From Octopus sinensis (Eukaryota), in contig NW_021825574.1 of NCBI RefSeq assembly GCF_006345805.1, forward strand, positions 1 to 15,293: DNA of 15,293 bases, written 5' to 3'. The translations under genes and the position numbers were made by a program. Below, one piece after another: positions 9,938 through 15,293 of the stretch. The notes under the pieces were generated by a model that did not search any database, had not been told where the DNA came from, and saw nothing but the letters and a program-made list of their open reading frames with translations. How positions within the stretch are numbered: position 1 is the stretch's first letter; the number at the start of each line of letters is the position of its first letter.

Positions 9938-10336
9938 TAAGCTTCATTTTGATGTATGATACATGTTCCTGTGTTGGTAATTATACCTGTCCTAAACAAA
10001 ATGGCATTACTTTTTGACTCTCCCTCGTAAATTGGTATATCCAATAACGATACACCCCAAGAGGCATTAAGAAGAACTCAAAGGGCAACAAATTTCATGA
10101 GAGAATGTTATCTATTGAATGGTTTTATTATCACACGTCAAGCACCGGGTATACAACAAAATAAAGGGAAGAAAACGACTATGGTGACGATAAAGTGAGC
10201 ATAGCGTGTAAAATGATTTTATTCGTTCTGTTAGGTTTTTATGTGGTCACAAGCACCTGTAGGCAGTTTGGGCTCCGCTATATTTCTACAAAAGGAATAT
10301 CGAAATGCTGGAAGGAGAAACAGTTACATCAGCCTC

Positions 10337-10424
10337 TGACTGGTGCTAAATTTCTACTGCCCAGACTGGAGTTACCTAATAATAAGTGCTTTGCGCAAGG
10401 AGAGAAAAATGTCGCCCGGATCTG
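10337..10424 (-). mobile_element. Old SINE core fragment related to the 1208-1405 copy
   Basis: GACTGGAG...AATAAGTGCTTTGCGCAAGGAGAGAAAAATGTCGCCCGG aligns loosely with GATTGGAA...AATGAAATGCATTGCTCAAGAACACAATACATCGCCTGG at ~1328-1381. Confidence 0.45.
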
Positions 10425-10912
10425 CTCCATGGCTGTGAAGAAGAGCTTGAATACGGGGGTGCTTGTGCGTATGCGTGTGTTCGCTTACATGTGGGTGGGT
10501 GTGTATGATTTCAATACGTATATATTATATAATATGTGTGTGTGCGTGTGTGAGTTCTTATTTCTATCTATCTGTGCTATATGTATGTATGTGTGTATAT
10601 GACAAAAGAACAGGGGTTGAGTTAATTATGTTCATTAGCTCACAGCTGTTTCTGCTATAAGCTAATGAATGGGATTACATAGGCCTTGTTCTTTTGTTGC
10701 TCATTAATTAATATAACGTTCTGAATTTACTTATATGTTGATATCGCTGCACGGAGTTCTACCCAATTATTATTAGTATGACTACAGTCAAGCGGAATCG
10801 TTGTATTCATATAAATATATGATCACTAGCATACATATGAACATGAATTGGTTGCATAAGTAATAATTCACTGCTGCGCATGTGTGTATGTGCGTGTACG
10901 CACACATACATT

Positions 10913-10922
10913 TGTTATATAT

Positions 10923-10994
<72 letters not shown>

Positions 10995-11076
10995 ATATAT
11001 ATATATATGTATGTATATTATATATGTATATATATATGTATGTATATATATATATATATAAATATATCTATCTATG

Positions 11077-11109
<33 letters not shown>

Positions 11110-11135
11110 TATATCTATCTATCTATCGCTCTCTG

Positions 11136-11191
<56 letters not shown>

Positions 11192-11202
11192 ATATATATA
11201 TA

Positions 11203-11258
<56 letters not shown>

Positions 11259-11277
11259 TATTATATATATATATATC
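10913..11277. repeat. Long (TA)n array with internal (CTAT)/(CT)n and (CA)n
   Basis: Seen directly. Confidence 0.95.
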
Positions 11278-11944
11278 GAGAAGCGTACAAAAGTATGTCT
11301 TACATTTATTCTCAATACGTGTACGGCGTATTTAACGTTTAATAACTTGCATTCTTATTTCATTTTTGATATCTTTCGTTCTGATAATGTTATTATTATC
11401 AAATTTTTAATGATCTTTAGCATAAATGAAGTATCTTTAAGAGAGAAAATGAATGAAAACAAAAAAAAAAAAAAGAATGCTGGAAATTAAAAAAAAAGGC
11501 CTTGAGAACCTTCCATAGAATGAATATTTCATCTCGTTTATAACGAAACAAAGATCATATATTCCCTGAAGCAACAGAAAGGAAAATTGGAATCATTAGA
11601 GCACTGGAAATGCTATAGAAAGATAATCTCAAAATCCACTAGAGTGAAACAAAGATCAGGTTTTCCCTTAAGCATAAGAATCCAGTTGTTTTATTTATTT
11701 TTAATTTATTGAAATAATCTCCCCTTTTATTTGCTAGTTACTAAGAAATGCCGCTAGATTTCCATTTTCCTTTAACTTTGAGAATTAACTGAATTCATTC
11801 TGAAGTTTTTATCCGCGTCATTCAGTACAGCCACAGATATTTGATGCATATCACTCCGTTCGATTTGCTTATTTAATTTGTTTATCGTTGCTCAGTTTTC
11901 TGGAAATTTCAGCTGGCTCAAGTGTATTTATAGCGTTTTCTATA

Positions 11945-12520
11945 GGTGCAGGGTGTGGCTGAGTAGTAGGAATTATGATTATCATCTAAGGGTTCGGTTC
12001 CGGATTTAGTCAGACTGCGTGGCAATTAGGGAATGTGTCTGCTACTACAGCATCGGACCGACCAAAGTCTTGTGAGTAGATTTGGTAGGCAGAGATGAAA
12101 AGTAATTCCCAATGTATTTGTGTGTGTGTATGTGTATGTTTGTGTGTGTGTGTGTGTGTTTGTATGTGTTTGTGTGTGTTTGTGTGTGTGTGTGTGGTGT
12201 GTTTGTGTGTGTTTGTGTGTGTTTGTGTGTGTGTGTGTGTGTGTGTATCTGTATGTGTGTGTGTGTGTGTGTATGTGTGTGTATGCGTATCTTCGTGTCA
12301 GTGACTGGCAACCACTCTCGCTTGACAACGGGAGTTGGTGTGTTTACGTCTCTGTTACCTAGCAGCTCAAAAAAGAACCGCTAGAATAGCTACCAGTCTC
12401 AAAGAAGGAAAAAGAAAAAAGGTACGGGTTCCAATTCATTCGAAATTCTTCAAATCGGTACCCAAACATGGTCGCAACTAAATAGCAAAAATATGTAAAA
12501 TATAAAAGATATCTAAAAGA
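11945..12520 (+). mobile_element. Near full-length tRNA-derived SINE with an internal (TG)n microsatellite
   Basis: A-box-like TGGCTGAGTAG (11956-11966) and B-box-like GGTTCGGTTCC (11991-12001); core CTGCGTGGCAATTAGGGAATGTGTCT...GACCAAAGTCTTGTGAGTAGATTTGGTAG; (TG)n at ~12118-12285; then TCGCTTGACAAC...TGGTGTGTTTACGTC and a TAAAAGA-like tail. The layout matches an abundant octopus SINE recalled from memory. Confidence 0.75.
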
Positions 12521-12892
12521 CTATGTTAACTAACGAAACGGGTTCGTGTTTTGCTCGTATTCCTGAAGGCCAATACGCTTTAAAGATATATACTTTTCTA
12601 GGAAATTCCTAGCATTAAAAGACCTTAAGCGTAGCATTTATATGTTTTGTAATACTTATTCATTTCATTGAAATATTTTCCACAACTTTATGAGTCGCAA
12701 CGTAATGTCGTTTGGATTTTACCGAAGGAAAAGTTCAGTTCATAAAAAACGCATTTAATTTTTATATGAATATATTTCAAATTCTATATTCGTGTATAAT
12801 AGATTGCGGTGCATTGTTTGGTAAAATATTTCATACCGTAACAACCACACAGCTATGTAGGAAGCCATCAATGTACACGATATTCCACAAAG

Positions 12893-13021
12893 ACACACAC
12901 ACACACACACAAATGTATATATGCACATGTGTATATATACGTAGATATACATATATATATATTTATATTAATATATATTATGCATATACACACAGACGCA
13001 CACACACTCACATATATATAT

Positions 13022-13055
<34 letters not shown>

Positions 13056-13083
13056 GTGTGTGTATGTGTGTGTGTGTACAAAT

Positions 13084-13127
<44 letters not shown>
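12893..13127. repeat. Mixed (CA)n/(TA)n/(TG)n microsatellites
   Basis: Seen directly. Confidence 0.9.
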
Positions 13128-13132
<5 letters not shown>

Positions 13133-13244
13133 GAATTTGTTCTTATGTATTCATCTGTATGTAGTTGTGTGTGTAGATACGCGTCTACGCATGCAATCAG
13201 TGTGCACGTTAATTTAATAGACAAATGTCATTCATTTTTGCGTG

Positions 13245-13302
13245 TGCGATGTGTTTGTGTGTATGCGAATGTTTGTGCGTGTGTGTGTGTGTTTGCGTGT
13301 GC
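13245..13302. repeat. Degenerate (TG)n microsatellite
   Basis: Seen directly. Confidence 0.85.
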
Positions 13303-14071
13303 GCAATCTCTATCTACTTGTGAATGCGTAAATGGATTTAACTTGGAGTGTCAGATTCGGAATGCTTTATGTACGTGTCCTTGCACTAGTTTCTAACCGA
13401 CTGAATTCGTAGAATCTAAAACTGTTTCCTCTATTCCTTCTTGTGGAACAACAGAATTCCAGCATCTGAAGGGTTTTATGCACATCTGTTACTTTATAGC
13501 ACTTACATCTATGATAATCGTTACAAATGGACACACTCATATCTCTCGGGTAAACATAATCACAAGCTGTGCTCGCTCCCGATACAATGGGAAAGCTTTA
13601 GAGATAAACTACAAGATGACTACCACATAATGCTGACGCAAGATAGTTTTCATTTGTGAAATATTAATATGCGTTATACCCTACCATAGTTGCAAAATGA
13701 ATACTGTAACTTTGCCAGCAGTAAGACTTATATGCTTCTCAATGTTTTCGTTCGATGGCTTCTTTTCCCTAATTTATGACAAGACGTGGAAATCGGTTCA
13801 GGAACTGATCCCTACAAGAACGAGGTATGCGCTGGTAAACAATTATTATTGCGTTGCGTAGACATCGGGTACTTATTTTATTGGAATGTTTTCGCTAGTG
13901 GTTCTTCTATGTGTAAACGTGTTGATAGGTTTTGATTCTGGTGTGCGTTTGTTATGGCCATCAGATCTATCTCTCCTGCGGATATCACTGCAGACGGTTT
14001 TAGTGCCAATATCATGCGGAACGAGAAGTCATCATTTATGCATGTATGTAAATGAATATAATTTACGTGTA

Positions 14072-14330
14072 TTTGTGTGTGTGTGTGTGTGTTTTGTGTG
14101 AGTGTTTGTGTGTGTGTGCGTGTGAGTGTGTGTCAGCATGTGCGAGTGTGTGAGTGTGCGTGTATGTTTCTGTGTGTGCGTGTGTGTTTGTGTGTGTGTT
14201 TGTGTATGTGTGTATGCATATGAGCGTGTGTGTGAGCTTTTGCGTGTAAGTGTGTGTGAGCGCGTGTGTTTATCTGTTTGTGAGTACATGTGTATGTACA
14301 TATATATGTGTGCTTGGGTGTATTTATGTT
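14072..14330. repeat. Long degenerate (TG)n microsatellite
   Basis: Seen directly. Confidence 0.92.
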
Positions 14331-15293
14331 TCTACATACGTATATATACTCACCTTATTTCTCAGGTAAGTAGATAGTGCATTATATAGGTAAACAAATT
14401 GACAGTCAAATATATAGATTGTTCTATTGATCGATTGATTAGTCGATATTTATTCTGTCAATATAATGACACATCGCCCAAGAATATATTTCAAAGGTAT
14501 ATATATTTGCAATAATATATTTTAGAAACAAAATGGTGTATAATTGAATAAATATTAAATAGTTACGCAAGAAAGATACTAAGAATATTAATATTAAAAG
14601 CTAGACAAGAGTTTTTGTACGGCAACTTGAAATTTCTTTAAATATAATTGATATTGGAAGGAAACGAATGAAAAGCAAACGAATAATATTTTTTTAGATT
14701 AAATAGACTTCTAGAATCTGCTTGATATTAAACATTTAAAGGAATGATGAAAATGTAATTGAATATTAATCATGAGAAGATAGTATCTCGTTAATAGTCT
14801 TGGAAATATATTTGCTTCGTCAGAAACAGAGCCTTCATTTTGAGTAATGGTTTTACTATAGTGAATGTGAAGAGAGATTCATATGAAGAGCGCTTTGTGC
14901 GTATCTTTGGAAGGTCAATATGCCAATAATATGCACACACACTGGTTCTGTTTCACTTCTTTATTCCGCGTCAGTTGGTTAATCGGTTAAATATTTAACT
15001 AAAAAATTGTTTGATTAATGAATCAAATTAACCAAACAATCATTAGATTGTTTGGTTAATCAATCAATCAGTTATGTAAAAGACTTTTCCCCGCCTTTTG
15101 TAACCTCTTCAACGACATCTCCTTTCTTCATATACGACACATATTTTGTAAGGTAGATGTAGGAGAAACAGTGCGTGTGTTTATTATTGGCATAACGAAC
15201 CTCTCGAGATACAACAAAATGCTTTTGACCTACGATTCCGCATCAAGAACTCTGCAAACCAAATACAAAAACGAAATATTCTCATCTTATTTA

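Larger units (their letters stand above)
9464..10027. mobile_element. Non-autonomous, internally deleted and rearranged mariner (Tc1/mariner superfamily) element
   Basis: TA duplication at 9462-9463 and 10028-10029. Termini CGAGGGTGAGTCAAAA / TTTTGACTCTCCCTCG; 88-bp inverted ends (9464-9551 and 9940-10027) with 8 mismatches. Contains mariner transposase remnants on both strands. Confidence 0.93.

Noticed and set aside
10195-10602. 135-aa ORF with a hydrophobic N-terminus
   Set aside because: GTG start, overlaps a decayed SINE core and runs into TG repeats.
13349-13358. TGTCAGATTC match to the CPEB3 HDV-like ribozyme
   Set aside because: Only a 10-nt match; the P1-P3 elements are absent upstream.
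13697-13824. Possible first coding exon (caaaATG...MNTVTLPAVRLICFSMF..., donor GAG|GTATGC)
   Set aside because: Short, no homology recognised, poor signal-peptide character and no partner exon found; it would need RNA-seq support.
13886-14101. ORF beginning with signal-peptide-like MFSLVVLLCVNVLIG
   Set aside because: T/G-rich composition produces hydrophobic strings by chance, and the ORF ends in the TG array.
1328-14377. Most listed ORFs (poly-YI, LSIY, CV/HT, poly-I/N/L/R)
   Set aside because: They are translations of TA, GATA, TG/CA and AAT microsatellites, which lack stops in some frames; no domain evidence.
15060-15293. Stop-free + strand frame of 78 codons running off the window end
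   Set aside because: No good acceptor or recognisable motif; the length is within chance expectation.

Overview
AT-rich eukaryotic DNA, most likely intronic or intergenic sequence from an octopus/coleoid cephalopod. That assignment is an inference from the very high microsatellite load and from SINE sequences I recognise from memory; I ran no database search. I can support no intact protein-coding gene, structural RNA gene, CRISPR array or prokaryotic system, and nearly all listed ORFs are microsatellite read-through. The window holds: (1) a heavily decayed LINE reverse-transcriptase remnant, RTE-like, on the - strand (~120-700); (2) several tRNA-derived SINE copies or fragments (~1208-1405 -, ~8765-8895 +, ~10337-10424 -, ~11945-12520 +); (3) two ~555-bp copies of one non-coding element, ~91% identical with no indels, embedded in an (AAT)n array (4611-5164, 5290-5845); (4) a 564-bp non-autonomous mariner with TA duplication and 88-bp inverted ends, whose two transposase fragments face opposite directions and which sits in the loop of a 16-bp inverted repeat; (5) many simple and compound microsatellites, one with a higher-order unit. 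The best leads are the (AAT)n-embedded element pair, the rearranged mariner and its host hairpin, a pre-miRNA-sized hairpin at ~2092-2156, a palindrome cluster near 15 kb and a candidate recursive splice site at 14363-14371.
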